Source: Balanoglossus misakiensis (Eukaryota; Animalia; Hemichordata). Taken from it: a DNA stretch of 64,000 nucleotides. Shown here in pieces: positions 39,701 to 51,781 of the stretch. The stretch lies in assembly GCA_040954595.2 (NCBI GenBank), contig CM082594.2, forward strand, positions 6,333,962 through 6,397,961, in the 5' to 3' direction. The notes beneath the pieces were generated by a model. That model made no database searches, had not been told where the DNA came from, and worked only from the letters and a program-made list of their open reading frames with translations. Position 1 is the stretch's first letter; each line of letters opens with the position of its first letter. Both the position numbers and the translations under genes were made by a program.

Positions 39701-42700
39701 AAAGCTCCCAGCTTGTCATACTTAGTGTCATGAGACAATGACCAGTTTTCACTTTAGCACTATGACATAGAAAAACCATTAAAGTGGGTTAATAATTCAT
39801 ATGTCAGACTCAGGTCATCCTTTTTTAATATCAGCAATCATGCTGAAACAATCTAACAAATGTATATGTGAGCACATTAAACATATCACTGACACTCATT
39901 CACATATTAATCACAAATACAGTACTGTAACCAGTATCATATGATCCATTCTGATTTTTTTACAGAGATAATCTTGGATATACATGGTACAGAAAATATG
40001 GTATTAAGTGAAATGAAACTAGCTCATTTTTTTTTAAGAAAAAAAAATATTGGTGTTTTTTTCTTGCAGGAAGATGTTGCATTTGGACAAACACTGTATC
40101 ACTGCAAGTACCAGGATGTAAGGTTAAGTGGGCTGATTTCCAAGCATTGATGCCTGTGTGTGCAAATCAAAAAGCACCGTGTAAATAATTTTATTCGTAC
40201 ACCAGCAAGCGGCATTGTTAATTCGGAAGCTCAAAGGCACCGGCAAAATGCCATCAAAGTGGAAAATCGACGTGAGCTGTCATGAATGAGGGGAAGAAAT
40301 GAAAATTCACACTTCCGTGAAAAAAAAAATCAGGCGATGGGAAAACATGTACAGCATACAATTCAGTTCTGTGATTACTTGTGCTTTTGTCGCAGCGCTG
40401 CAGATTGAAAATGGGGCCATTACGGCAGAAACCGCGCTTAAATGCTTTCAACGCCGCGATCTTTTTGCATCACAAATGAGTTTCTCGCTCAACAGTACCT
40501 ATGCAGCAGTGCAGTTGCTCAGGGGGCTGACTGACTCAGCCATGTTCAATGGATTGTAGAGTATGAGAAATATATGCGAAACTTTTGTATATATTGTGTT
40601 TAGATGACTGATATTATATGTATGGTTTCTTGTTATGCTCCTTGATTAATTAATGCCTGTTGAAATGCCTGGACGGATGCTCCTTGAAACAACCTGTGTA
40701 TGCAATGCAGCATTTTACTGTTGAAAATGCCAAGTCTGGGTGTAAAATTAAATGTTCAATGCTTGATACATGCGTACAGGCTATTTTGAGAAGCTACTGT
40801 CCATATGAAAAACACAGTCACTTGTACAAATCTAGCCACACAGATGCCATGGAAACATAAATACTTACAGTTACCTCTTACCGTTGCCATGGTTACTCAC
40901 CTGTATCTGATCTGTTCCACAGTGTCTGTGGTGAGGGTGCTGCTGGCATTGTGGCTGTGTGGATTGCCGTAGACGTTTTGGGACAAGTCTTTGTAGAACG
41001 AGTCAAGCTGACTTTGAGAGTATAGAGTTGCACCTGCATGATCTAGGTAAGTAATACCTGATAAAAATAGTAACATCAATATAAATTGTTAGAGTGCATT
41101 GAGATGTATAATGTACTGCGCTATATAAGAAATCAATATTTTATTATTATTAATATTATTAATATCAAACAAAAACAGAATGACCTCAGTGAGTTAACTG
41201 TCATCCAGGTCACACTGCCCTTTCTCTGCTGAAGTTTTGCCCAACTCCATTTTTAGCACAATTTGCATACATTAATATGCAAATAAAGGCTGTTCATATA
41301 GGCTGGAAAAGTCTATATGTATGTATGTATGTATAAGTATGTATGTAAATCTGTACGTATATTTTTTTGGTAGAAATATCAGATGCCAAATCCACACAAA
41401 CATTATGTTCTGTTTTTTAAAAATGGTTGCTCCAATGAGTTCGTAGCGAAGTGGGGTTGATTTTTCGGTCCAAACTACGTCGGTATTTTAAGGTTCCATT
41501 TATGTGAAGAGGATTTGGTGTGAGGTTTGGATGTGAGGTTGTTCATTGTGGTCTGGTTTTTCGGATCCAGAGAGTCTGGACCCAAAGTTGCTGGTACATC
41601 ATTACAATTTTAATGATCTCCAGAAAAAGATGGTGTCAGTACATATTTTAAGGTACATGGAAAACCTGTGGAGAACAACGTTCATTCAATTGTATGCCAT
41701 CTTGTTCTGTGGAACATTAAATTGAAATCAAGTCTTAACAGGTACAGTCTGACATGATCATATCCCAGTAACAATACATAGGTGTCAGAGAAAAATGGTC
41801 ATATTCTTGATTAAAACAAAAATGTGCAGCTAGTAGGTTTTTAATGTGATGATTTGGTCAGTGAAAGTACTAGGTTTTGGTGAATGGTTATGTCATGTAT
41901 TATGTGACAATGAATTTGAAGAAAGAAAAGATTCCCTCATCAATGTCATGTTAGGTCATGATAATATTAATATTCATACTTTTGTTTCATGTAGTTATTT
42001 CTAAAGAAGAAGTGACGCACATGAACTGGTGTTTCGCATAGGTAATATGGACACGTTTTGACCTGTGAAATGTGGGACACTTTCATAACTTTCATATGGG
42101 CGGATACGATTTCTGTTGATGGTGAAACATTTTCATCTCTGCCAAGTTGTACATGTTACAACATGGGGGGAAGGTGACTCCAGATAAAATAAATCGAACA
42201 GAGAGGCCCGTCATCGAATCATAGAAACATGAAAGTTATTTTGAGTTATTTGATGAAATTCTATGCTATCTTTAGTTTGTGTGGTCGCCTTCGAAGCGCC
42301 GTCTTGTCCTATTAGTTTACAACACACAGCCCTGCAACGCAGAGCTATGATGGTGCTGACTTATGCAACAGGACTGGTTTCTCTATCTATTTTGACTGGG
42401 AAGTAAAACAAGCCCGTGTTAGGGCTTTGTGACAAATAAAATCTGATAAACGATCTCTCGATGATTGTAATATCGTCCGATTGTGCACAGGGTCGGGTTG
42501 GGCAACGAACAAGCCGTCTGCTGCAACTGAAACACGACTACTGGGCCATGAAGAAAACGGCCTCGAATGAAAGATCAAAATGCCCAATGGCTACCAAACA
42601 CTTGCAAAACCACAAATATAAATGTCACCTTCAAGTCGTGAGAAATCGGTGTTCCGAATGTGCTTGATTAGTCCGCCGTAACCGTAATTTCGCCAGTCGA

Positions 42701-42728
42701 ACTCGGCGTCGTCTGGTCGTCCTGCCAT
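27583..42728 (-). CDS. MOCOS: Molybdenum cofactor sulfurase, complete 13-exon gene, 2631 nt CDS, 876 aa
   Basis: Exons 42629-42728, 40901-41057, 38934-39578, 37343-37419, 35094-35293, 33497-33613, 32932-33399, 32631-32793, 32175-32268, 31741-31859, 29692-29957, 28592-28696, 27583-27702; all GT-AG and phase-compatible. NifS-like PLP domain (YLDHAGATL, GNPHS, FTSGCT, DAA, SFYKMFGFPTGLG, RTGCFCN) followed by MOSC_N/MOSC (YPVKSCG, LYDRTWM, RFRGNLVV, PCSRCQMVCIDQ). Confidence 0.97.
28592..28696 (-). CDS. MOCOS: MOCOS exon 12
   Basis: SGGPCSRCQMVCIDQDTGKRSKEPLMTLAKYRNRR; cttcttag| and AGA|GTGAGT. Confidence 0.94.
29692..29957 (-). CDS. MOCOS: MOCOS exon 11 (MOSC domain)
   Basis: SLSLANESQFLLIN...RFRGNLVVDG...YEEDNW...KTFR; ttcctcccag| and AGG|GTAAAA. 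Confidence 0.93.
31741..31859 (-). CDS. MOCOS: MOCOS exon 10
   Basis: INGIDCGSQAADWVSSVLGRPCRLIQQ...KLKS; ctttctcag| and G|GTAAAG. Confidence 0.92.
32175..32268 (-). CDS. MOCOS: MOCOS exon 9
   Basis: VDPLRVPIY...MCQSKVCGDR; gatgacag| (weak pyrimidine tract) and AG|GTAAGG. Confidence 0.88.
32631..32793 (-). CDS. MOCOS: MOCOS exon 8
   Basis: VSEWQTSPGGLLYDRTWMIVNESGVCLSQKRELKMCTIKPHVDL...CK; ctctctcag| and G|GTAGCG. Confidence 0.93.
32932..33399 (-). CDS. MOCOS: MOCOS exon 7 (end of NifS domain, linker, start of MOSC_N)
   Basis: [28 protein letters not shown]...LTNIFLYPVKSCGAME; cactcag| and GAG|GTGTGT. Confidence 0.94.
33497..33613 (-). CDS. MOCOS: MOCOS exon 6 (persulfide-forming cysteine region)
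   Basis: [27 protein letters not shown]...NFQ; tttttcaag| and CAG|GTAAAC. Confidence 0.94.
33833..33921. mobile_element. 81-bp piggyBac-type miniature inverted-repeat element with TTAA target duplication
   Basis: TTAA|CCCTTTCA ... TGAAAGGG|TTAA; CCC...GGG termini with TTAA flanks are the piggyBac superfamily signature. Confidence 0.65.
34386..34578. repeat. Diverged minisatellite, three units of about 65 bp
   Basis: Core ac(g/a)tcaacacttc..g(c/t)ttttgaac followed by a purine-rich gagag tract, three times. Confidence 0.8.
35094..35293 (-). CDS. MOCOS: MOCOS exon 5
   Basis: GINAISKHTF...HGNGAPVAVLY...QGPIINFNILKPDGTYVGYAE; ccctatag| and GAG|GTAGGT. Confidence 0.94.
37343..37419 (-). CDS. MOCOS: MOCOS exon 4
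   Basis: FEDGTIAFLDIIALRHGFDMLDRIP; ctcctccag| and G|GTAGTG. Confidence 0.93.
38696..38870. mobile_element. Probable non-autonomous DNA transposon (MITE-like) with internal repeats
   Basis: aaaacctgtctatagtggcc start, inverted tatagacaggtggtc, tandem tatatagaggtggtcac units and an acaggt end. Confidence 0.5.
38934..39578 (-). CDS. MOCOS: MOCOS exon 3 (PLP-binding lysine)
   Basis: VLRHFNT...FTSGCT...LDAA...SFYKMFGFPTGLG...YFGGGT...LHER; cttttcag| and AG|GTAACA. Confidence 0.96.
40901..41057 (-). CDS. MOCOS: MOCOS exon 2
   Basis: ITYLDHAGATLYS...GNPHS...EQIRYR; tttttatcag| and AG|GTGAGT. Confidence 0.95.
41400..42150 (-). mobile_element. Possible highly decayed Penelope-like retroelement fragment in MOCOS intron 1
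   Basis: Scattered minus-strand remnants (ESFL, KPT near 41832-41844, GFP) in the order expected for the PLE RT C-terminus; many stops and frameshifts. Confidence 0.25.
42629..42728 (-). CDS. MOCOS: MOCOS exon 1
   Basis: MAGRPDDAEFDWRNYGYGGLIKHIRNTDFSRLE(G); donor AAG|GTGACA, phase 1. Confidence 0.9.
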
Positions 42729-42910
42729 CTTGAGTTGCGTTCCCCAATAACCTTTGACCTCAAATCAGGTGACTGATTTGTTTGTCAACAATCCCCACGT
42801 GGTGAGTGAGAGGGCCAGCGCTGGGCTGCGTTGCTTTGTACGCCGTGGCACGGTTACCTGGTGGTGGTATACGTTTCCACAAGTTATTAAACAAGTTCAA
42901 CGCGCCAATA
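42723..42910 (-). promoter_or_regulatory. MOCOS proximal promoter / CpG-rich 5' region
   Basis: YY1-like AAGATGGC overlapping the ATG, CCAAT near 42744 and 42905, E-box CCACGTGG near 42795, local CpG enrichment. Confidence 0.55.
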
Positions 42911-44399
42911 ATCGCGCAAATGCATTTAAAATGTAGTGAAATCGAATCTTGAAAGAAATAGTCGCTGAGGGCATTTATTCCATTTAAAAAATCGGAGATA
43001 TTGACTGTACGAAAATGAGCGGCGACGGACTATAAAAGTATGGACACACACCATCCATTCGAAATTCCCAGCGAGATGATCGACATGCCTGTTCTAGATT
43101 TTCACTTTAGTATCTGTATCCTTCAAGCTAATGCAATGAATCAATAGAACTGACCGTAAATCGAGCTCTGGAAATATGAATATCGTCGCAAATGGGCTAC
43201 CTGGGGCCAAGCCGACGGCGAGCGGAAGTCTGTGCTCCTATCGAAATTCGAACCCAAATGAAGTTGGTCGATAAGTAGTGATGGGTGATAAAACATCGGA
43301 TTTACACAAACAGATAAAATGCGAATGTGATCACAATGAATGTGATCACTATTTTTCAAAATCTTGAGTGTTTTGAACGGGGAACGGTTCTTACTGCCAG
43401 ATACGTCCAGTCCAGGGACATGCCTTGTGTTTCAGGTAATTTCAAATGGAAGATGGCCAGGTATCGATTTGAGGGTGTTGTTTGTTTATAGTTCCTTTCG
43501 GACATCGTTCTGGTCGCAGCTTTCTATAAATGCATTTAACGGCTTGGATTAGTCTTGTATTTTTTGTGTACGCCAGATGTTGCACACGCGAAAAAGTCGA
43601 TATCACATCGATCAGAAATCGAACGGCTTACGGGTACATGCTGTAGGCAACTGCGATGAACTTTTGTTTTCAAAATCGATATTATGAAGTCCGCGGTTTA
43701 TGGAGGCTTTTCCCCGACAAATGAGAGATTGTCAATCGAGTATCTTAGCTGGACTGAGTTCATCACAAAGAAACGTCAAACGTGTGATAAATTCGGACTT
43801 TAATCGCCAATGTCCGCAAAATTTATATATTAGTAGTGTCCTAACTCTACCCGACACATTTTTTTGGTCAATTTTGCCTTCATCTTCAGTTGCCTGACGT
43901 CTGTCCCTCTTGTACATCATTTTCCAGATATATAAATCAGAACCAAAAGTGAGCTTGAGCGATCACCATTATCAATTAATCTTGTGTCCGCGTACTTTTG
44001 TTCTGTAACAATAGACATGTATCCCGACCACAAGACCAGTCTTTTGTCTATTTCTTTTGTCTTATAGGAAAGTGTGAAGGAGTTCAAACAATAGTCGGTG
44101 TATATACATAGGAAGATAAACAGTTGTACTGATAGTGAACTTCACACCCACGGCACCTCGTTTATTTCACACCTTTTACACTCCTTGTCTTACAGGCCTG
44201 CAGCCAGTCGTACATGTATACTAGTTTACAACGCCCATCCCCATTTTATTACGCTACCCCATTAAAATGATTATTTCTTCTTCACGTGAGCAAACAAATC
44301 AGATATACCCATTTCATTGAACCCACGCAGGACATTACACACATGTACATTTCAGCCCTTGTCGATTTCAGTCTGAGTGTGCGCGGCATTGTTACACAT

Positions 44400-44748
44400 G
44401 TGCGTCATTCGACCGACCTCCGCGTAAACAAAGTAGTTCTAGATATTTATTTCTAAACTAATCGCAGTAAATAGAATTGGATTATAGTGTATTTTTTCTT
44501 ATGTTATGTTGGTCCCTTTTCCCAAGCACATTTGATTTCCAACACTTATACCGTAGATTAATCAGTCGATTTTTGCGGCGGATGGATTTCGGTGCCATCC
44601 ATTTAGTGACACGGCTCCGTAGTAGATTTCTCCTCAATGCTCGCCTCTCTCACCCTGAAGACCTACCCCGAATAAATCAGCTCGACGCTCCCAGCTGTCC
44701 GACGAGACCCTGCTCAGACCCGATCGATCCTCAGCCAGAGAGTCCAAG
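44400..44748 (+). other. Candidate first exon of an unidentified gene divergent from MOCOS (5' boundary uncertain)
   Basis: CpG-rich island about 44.35-45.45 kb with a consensus donor CAAG|GTAAGG at 44748; an ATG at 44582 is open to the donor (55 codons plus 2 nt). Confidence 0.5.
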
Positions 44749-47700
44749 GTAAGGATCTTCCGGAGCGACCTCAGATCGAACCCCGGCGGTAGATGTGCTT
44801 TTTTGTTCACCGTGTATAGGGCGAGATTGTTAATTTTTAAATCACACGCCGTTCGTTCTCAATCTCTCTCTCCCCTCCATTCAATTGATTATCGAGTAGC
44901 AAAGCAATGATTTGCGTGCGCGATCTGCTCAACGATGGGTGACCGATGCATACCATTCTAAAACACCCGCAATCACAACCCTTCTCATTTTTCGCATCTT
45001 TTGTGTTTCTCCAACAGACGTGACGATCGCCGTAGCTATAATTAACCGAGAGAAAAAAGGTAAACAGTGTTTACATTTTACATTTCTTGCTGGTATACGC
45101 ATTGTCCCCGACTCGGGTATTGCTCACTGCGGAAGGCACCGCTACCGTTATTTTCGCGTGGCACGCGAATGATTGTTTCCGTACAGAAAGCCATCGCGTT
45201 GCTTTGATGTCACTACCACGTCTAGAATGACTCGCACAGCGGGTGCGTGTTTACCGCATTTAACATACCACCTCGCGCAGAAATTAAATTCACTGCGACA
45301 GATTTGGTATCTTTCTTTGTGTGGTTCGTCATCAAACAGCGTCGCCGCGTCTTATCACTACCCGGTTTCCAAAACGCGTTGCTATGCACCGCGCGCTCCC
45401 CGCACATTGCATAATACGCGCAACTTTCCGATGGTTCCCGGCTATTTCCCCCACGGTTAAAAAAAAGTAGGAAATGAGTAAAACTAGTAGCGTGGAGTTG
45501 TTTTATTTATGATGTTGGCATAGTTAATGCAGAGACAAGGGTCATGATAAATTTAAGCACAACTTACCTGCCTTTTATGAAAATTTCCCAAACAGAGAGA
45601 GTAATTAAAGCTCGGCCCGGCCATTTGTATGAAATATTAATGTGCAGTGATCAGACAGTCAGTGAGCTGGAACCAAATCTGAAAGGCAAAATGTATGATT
45701 ACCAACCAGGATTCTGAAATAAATGCCTCCCTTAAATTATTAAATATGTGAGTGGATTTTTATTTTATTTTTTCACTCTGTGAATTTTTTCCCCTAGGTA
45801 TTATATGAAAAAGAGGACTTTGTATGTCTAGTGATGGGGATTACATATCATGTGAACTGTGATGTGGCAAAAAATGTTGTGTAGCACAGCTGTGCTACTT
45901 AAATTCATTTAACTGCACAGAATTCGGGAATGAAAATGCCGCGTGCTAACACAAAAGCTTTATTGCACAGAACTCAAACAGAGAAGCCTGTGTTGTCCTT
46001 TTCAGCAATATTGATTTTGAGTCCTGTGGTAAAATGAACAAATATTTGATGCACAACATGCAAAGAGTCAACAGTGGAAGTTCTCTGGCATTTTTTAGCA
46101 TTTTATTACTGAATGTTTAAAATGAACAGAAATTATCAGAGTGGCACCTCTTGCAATTTTTTTTACAAGTATTTTTCTCAGCACGGCCCTCAGTGCCTAT
46201 GTGGATGTTTTTATCTATTGAATTATTGATCTGAAAATTAATTTCATTCTAAAAATAACTTCCTTGTAGGGGAATAATCTGTGTTGTACGGGAAGTTTAT
46301 GATATTGACGATATTATGAGACATCAACAAAAATTGTCTCAAGGGAATTGTTTGGATTCCTTGGAGGTAAAAAATGTCAAGAAAGCACAGCAAAATATTT
46401 ACACTTAAAATAAAGGGACATAATGTTTTTTCTCAGTCATTTATTACTTCTCAATGTATTTATGCAATAAACAGGAATTCTGTGAAATCAAATGAGAGAT
46501 GGAACTGTTATAGTCATATTTAAAATTGCATATTTTTGTGATAATAGCAAAACAGCAAAAATTAACAACAAATCAATCTGAATTAAATACAAGTGAAAAA
46601 TCCCAAATAAATAATATTTCCAATTAATATCTTTGTAATCCTTAATAAAAAAGGTAATATTATGATTGATGACCGCTTCTGATGAGTAAAGTTGAATTTG
46701 ATCAGTACCATATTGGAACGTTTGCTGTACAGATCACAGGGATTATGCAAGCATGCTGTTCATTGGATGATGGTATGCGGGATTATAGAAGGCCAGTGTC
46801 AATTGGTGAAATATGGAACTGTTTGTCTTTTGGACAATGAAACAGATGTCACTGTTTATGTTCTGTTGGTCAATACGGGATCTTTTTAGTTGATGGAGAC
46901 AAAGCCAGTTTTATTAAATTCCAGTGTCCCTGGAATAAAAGCCGGTGTAAAGCATTGAATCCGGGGGATTTTTGGTTATTGTCAGGTCAGGAAAGACAGA
47001 AATTCCAGATAATCTCAGAAGGCCAGAGGGGCTAAACGTACACGCATAAACTTGTTATAGGAATAGCTGTGCACTAATACCACTATTGAAAAAAAAATAC
47101 TGCTTTTGAAAAGTCTATATTCCAGTATTCTGATACAATATTCCATATTCAGTTTTATATATAGCATTTTTGTTAATTTCATTTCTGGACCGCAAAAAAA
47201 GGCCACCGTTCCCCCCCCCCCCCAAAAAAAAAAAAAAAAAAAATTCATAAAAGCAGAAACTATGAAATCGTGATTATAATAGCCACTGATAAAATTTATG
47301 CAATGTAATATGTGATTCTGTGGTGTTGCTGTCATTTCTCTGTGAATTTTATTGTACTTTCATCAGCCATGCATGGCTTAGCAGCCAGATTTTGTTCTGT
47401 TACTGGTACTACAAATTAAATAAATTTGCCATACTGTGGATGAAATTTAATTATATAATTGATCTCCAGTTGAAACCTTACCACTATGTGATTATTGAAG
47501 CTGGCATTGTCTTAGATTTCATATTCTAAATGATACCCCCAGGGCCAAATTTAATACCAAAATCAAGCTTATTTCGCTTGTCAATTAAACAATCTGGAAA
47601 GCGTTTGATGCATGGAAAAAACTGTCTGTATAATATCACTTGATTTGGGTGACCTTTGACCTGTGAGTAGTGGATATACATTGTAATGATGCTTATGTAT

Positions 47701-49924
47701 ATGTGCTTTCAGCTTTTATAAACATTTTGTATATTGTGACTGCTGCTGTTTTTAAATCTAAAATTGCTTTTAATTACTTCAGTTACCAGTTCATTTTTGT
47801 TTTTGGTTGGTTTGTTTGTTCTGCATAATTAAAATCATATGTAGAGTTGGCTTGATCTTTGCATATGTTGGTTCTTTGATGTTCTGTTTTGTTCTCAGAT
47901 GTCTCCTACACTAGTACTACATGTAGTCAACACTTCATTTGATTTTTATCGGATTGATTCTTTATATTGTTGCCATAGGTCAGCAATGTTGTCCAGATAA
48001 GAGATCTCTGGAATTGACCTTGAGTTCCAAGTAGGCTTGGCTTAGGAGAGTGTCAGGGTACCCCAAAGCTGCATTCAGACCAGCATTAAAAAATCTCCCG
48101 GTAAATCAACAACCGCGGAACTCAATATAAAACGACGCTGCGAGCATACTTGGGAAACCAAGCAGTACACCTTATCAGAGCATGAATCAACTTGTCAGGA
48201 ATAATTAAGGCCAATATTTATTTGTGTCAAGTGTCGAACGTTACAATTTTATTATTTCGGGGAGATTTGTAAAAATGAAATGTGATTACCTATCCAGGGT
48301 GATCACGTGAATGGATCTGAAATGCCCTCGGAACTTAAGATTGTATTGAGTGTGGTATTATGAGAAAATCAGATTCATACTCTGCAGGGCCATGACGTCA
48401 ATGGCTAATGTTTGCTCTATCGTTCAGAAAAAAAACCCACACACAGTACAATTTTTCTTTTTTTATGCTGTGATTGTATTGAAATATTTCATACAGCGGT
48501 AGCCGTCTTTTCAAATTCGCTTATATTGTCCCCCCACTCTCGCTCGGCGATCGCCTGTCGGGGAGCAATATATTCAAAGCGATATTGGGGCTCCTTACAA
48601 ACGTTGTAATTCTATACAGGTTTGGGAAGATCAAAGGATTGACTCCCTAAGCTATTGGTAAATTTGTCGGATTGTGTCCGGGAGGGATGTGGAATGATGA
48701 AAGGTGGGACTATACAAGGAATTCTCCATAAAGCAGAGTCAGCGTGTGTGTTTTCAATTTACCAAGGGATCTAATTCTGTACTTTCCAATGATCAATACA
48801 GAGAGACGAAAGAAAATATTTCATTGATATGCAAAGTTGTAAAATTATAGTGAATTGCCATTATAAACATAACACACATACTGTCTCTCTCCATCTCTCC
48901 TCCACCTTTCCTCCCACCCCTACATTGTACCAGTTTTAGCTATACCACAACAGTAAATTGAAAATCTGAACTAATGCCAAATTTATTTGCCATTGAATAT
49001 AAGTAACGAGAGATTACAGCAATATGATTTCAACCTTGTTTCGTACACTTGGTAATCTCAATGTCTCACTCGTCGTGTTTAACTTTCTGATAAAACATCG
49101 GATCTGTATATGCTCTTACTTTCATTATTTTTTTTCTTCAAATATTCAATGGCTTCAATTTCAGCTAATTCCATTTATTTCTAGAAATAGGGGTGAGGTC
49201 CCCAGAGGCAATGACTCGAATTTGACCGTGACATTCACCCATGCAGGATTGCCATTGATTTGACATTTCACATAGTTCCTCGTCTCAAGACGTGCTGTTC
49301 AGTGCGTCCAGGAAAATGGAGAAAAAAACTGCCATAACTTTGACGACTACACTTCCTGTTTACCAAGCAGCGGTCTCTAATAATGTTATCATAATTTAAA
49401 GAGAGGGGGCAATTGCATTGATCTAATAATATGTAATATACAATTTTCAAATGAGGCATTAGATTTCGCTCTGTAGAGCACCAAAGTCTCCCTTTCAGTT
49501 ATAAGGCTTAATTTAATTAGAGATACAATTGTGCATAATTGCGGCAGGCTCATTTATTTTTAGTTTGTTAATATGAATGCGTCTCTCTTTGTAGATGTTG
49601 GCTGTGGAAGCTAAATTAATTTGCATGGGAATTTGTAGATTTTGTAATTAGATAAGTGGTCTCATTGTAGTGGGTGATTTAAAAGTTTGATGTTGGGGGG
49701 CCCTTAAGAGTGAAATCGGAAAAAAATACCGACTTATTTATAGTGGGTTTTTTTGTACGTCAGATTGTTAACGTTTGTGAGTGCGTGTATCCTGTATCGT
49801 TTGCAACCCACTTGGTCATGTTCCAGTTTGAAGAGCTTCTGTTGAGTTCTGTAATGTCGATGAACGACCTGATATTTGTCGGCCATATTGGTGCATCGCG
49901 CAGCCAGGATGGCGGATGCTGGTT

Positions 49925-49938
49925 GTTTCCATGGCAAC
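49925..49938. promoter_or_regulatory. RFX X-box
   Basis: GTTTCCATGGCAAC, one mismatch from the palindrome GTTGCCATGGCAAC, next to a YY1-like GATGGCGG and an ATTGG. Confidence 0.6.
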
Positions 49939-51759
49939 GCCACCCTGCGGAGAGGCTGTCAATCAGAGAGGAGAAGGGTATTTGAATGCGGCCAGTAGGA
50001 TGGTGTGCATTTTTGTCAGACTAGGGTTTGTAGGAAACCATTTGTTGGCGTTAGAACTCGCCAGTTCCGATTTTTTAGCTCGGTGCGTGCCCGTTGAGAA
50101 AATAAAATGATCAAACAGTTCATCAGTCATCGTGAGTACTTCAAGCGTTTGACAACTAAATGAAAGTGTAGGTTTTAATTTAACAAACATCTCCAGTGGC
50201 AAGTCACCTGTTTGACAGCCTGTGTAAGGGCAAATTAATAAAAGGTCGCCCTCGTGAAAATAAACTAGCGATTGTCAACTTAACAGGGGCACCTCGAAGA
50301 AATCTTTTCTCACTAAACATTGAGACATTTTCCCCTGGCCTTTTGCTGTAATTCTGAAGTGGGCGACTTCAATTTTCAAAATGCCGGATACGTCTACGTT
50401 GGTCGGATGTAATTTTGGAATGAAATGTAAAAATAAATTACTAACAGCAAAAGCAGGTCCGGAAAACCTTTGCTGTGAATAGCGACCAAAAAAACAGCCA
50501 GTCATGTGAGTCTTTCCAAATTTATCGACAAAAATGAGAATATAGTGCTTTTCTGATTTTACCAATCAAATATAACTTCTACATAGCCATAGGGAAAGGA
50601 AGGCAAAAATCCCATTTTGAATCTTTCATTCGTTTCTTTGAAATTGTAATTCTAGTACTTGTGTGGGTGTGTGTGTGATTTGTATAGGTCATATTTAAAT
50701 CTCAGTTACAGTTTTTTTGGAGAGAGAAAAGGAAATTATTTTATTATTTGTGGAATAAAAACCTGATGACCTTCACCACTCCCCTGCATTTTTCAACTGA
50801 ACCCAAAATGCATGTTGATTATATTATCAAGTCAATGACCTACGGATCTGAGATGGGATTTAGAAAGGACTGTATTCTGGTTTAATGAATCAGGATTTTT
50901 CACATAAACAATTTCTGACAGTGTGACAGGGAACAGTTCTTTGTGGATTTCACTTGCAATGGATATTTCGTCACGTGTTCCCAAATTTGTCAGTCCATAC
51001 ACTTTCTGAGTCTGTCTGTATCCCCCACTCTTCCTCTCTCTGTCTGTCTCTATCTACATGTAGTTCTCTCTCCCACCCCCACTCCCCCCACACACATACA
51101 CACAGACAGACAGATATTCACACACACACACCCCTGTACCCTTATTTCCTGTATAGGTTCAATATATCAAAAGAACTAGAAATCCGAGCACCTTCTAATC
51201 TAAATGTCAAACTTCAGATTTTTAAATGTCAAACTGGATGCTGCTGTGAACTGCATCAGTCCCTGCGCAATTTTCTGCTCACACGAATCAAAAACAGAAC
51301 GAGATTAAAAAGGATTTCTTTTTCACCCTTCAGGGCTTGCCACTGGATGTTCTGTTTGTTTATCTTTGAATAAAAAAATCGAACTCTGGAGAAAATTAAA
51401 ATGAACTAGCTTGTTTTGTATATTTAATACCTTCTGTTAGAATCGAGAAAATTTTAACAATTCCACAGAGGTTTGAGTTGAAAAAGAAAGCTGCGGAGTC
51501 GATCTGATGGAGTTATTCTTGCACATATAAGAGGATTACACAAAAAATGCACAATGATACTCGTTTCGCTGGACAAGCAGACATTTGCATCCACAGATTA
51601 TAACGTTTTGTTCCAATTATTTCGCCGACCTTGTGTCATAAACCCAATGTTGATGACATTTTGGATGTGGACTGAAAGGTCGTTTCAAAGGAGGCATGCT
51701 ATTGGAGTACAGTAGACGGGGGATTTAGCTACTTGTGAATTGAGAAATGAAATTACAGT

Positions 51760-51781
51760 GGGGGGGGGGGGGGGGGGGGGG
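51760..51781. repeat. G22 homopolymer (similar tracts: C20 at 28536-28555, C13A20 at 47211-47243, G13 at 22629-22641)
   Basis: Directly visible. Confidence 0.9.
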
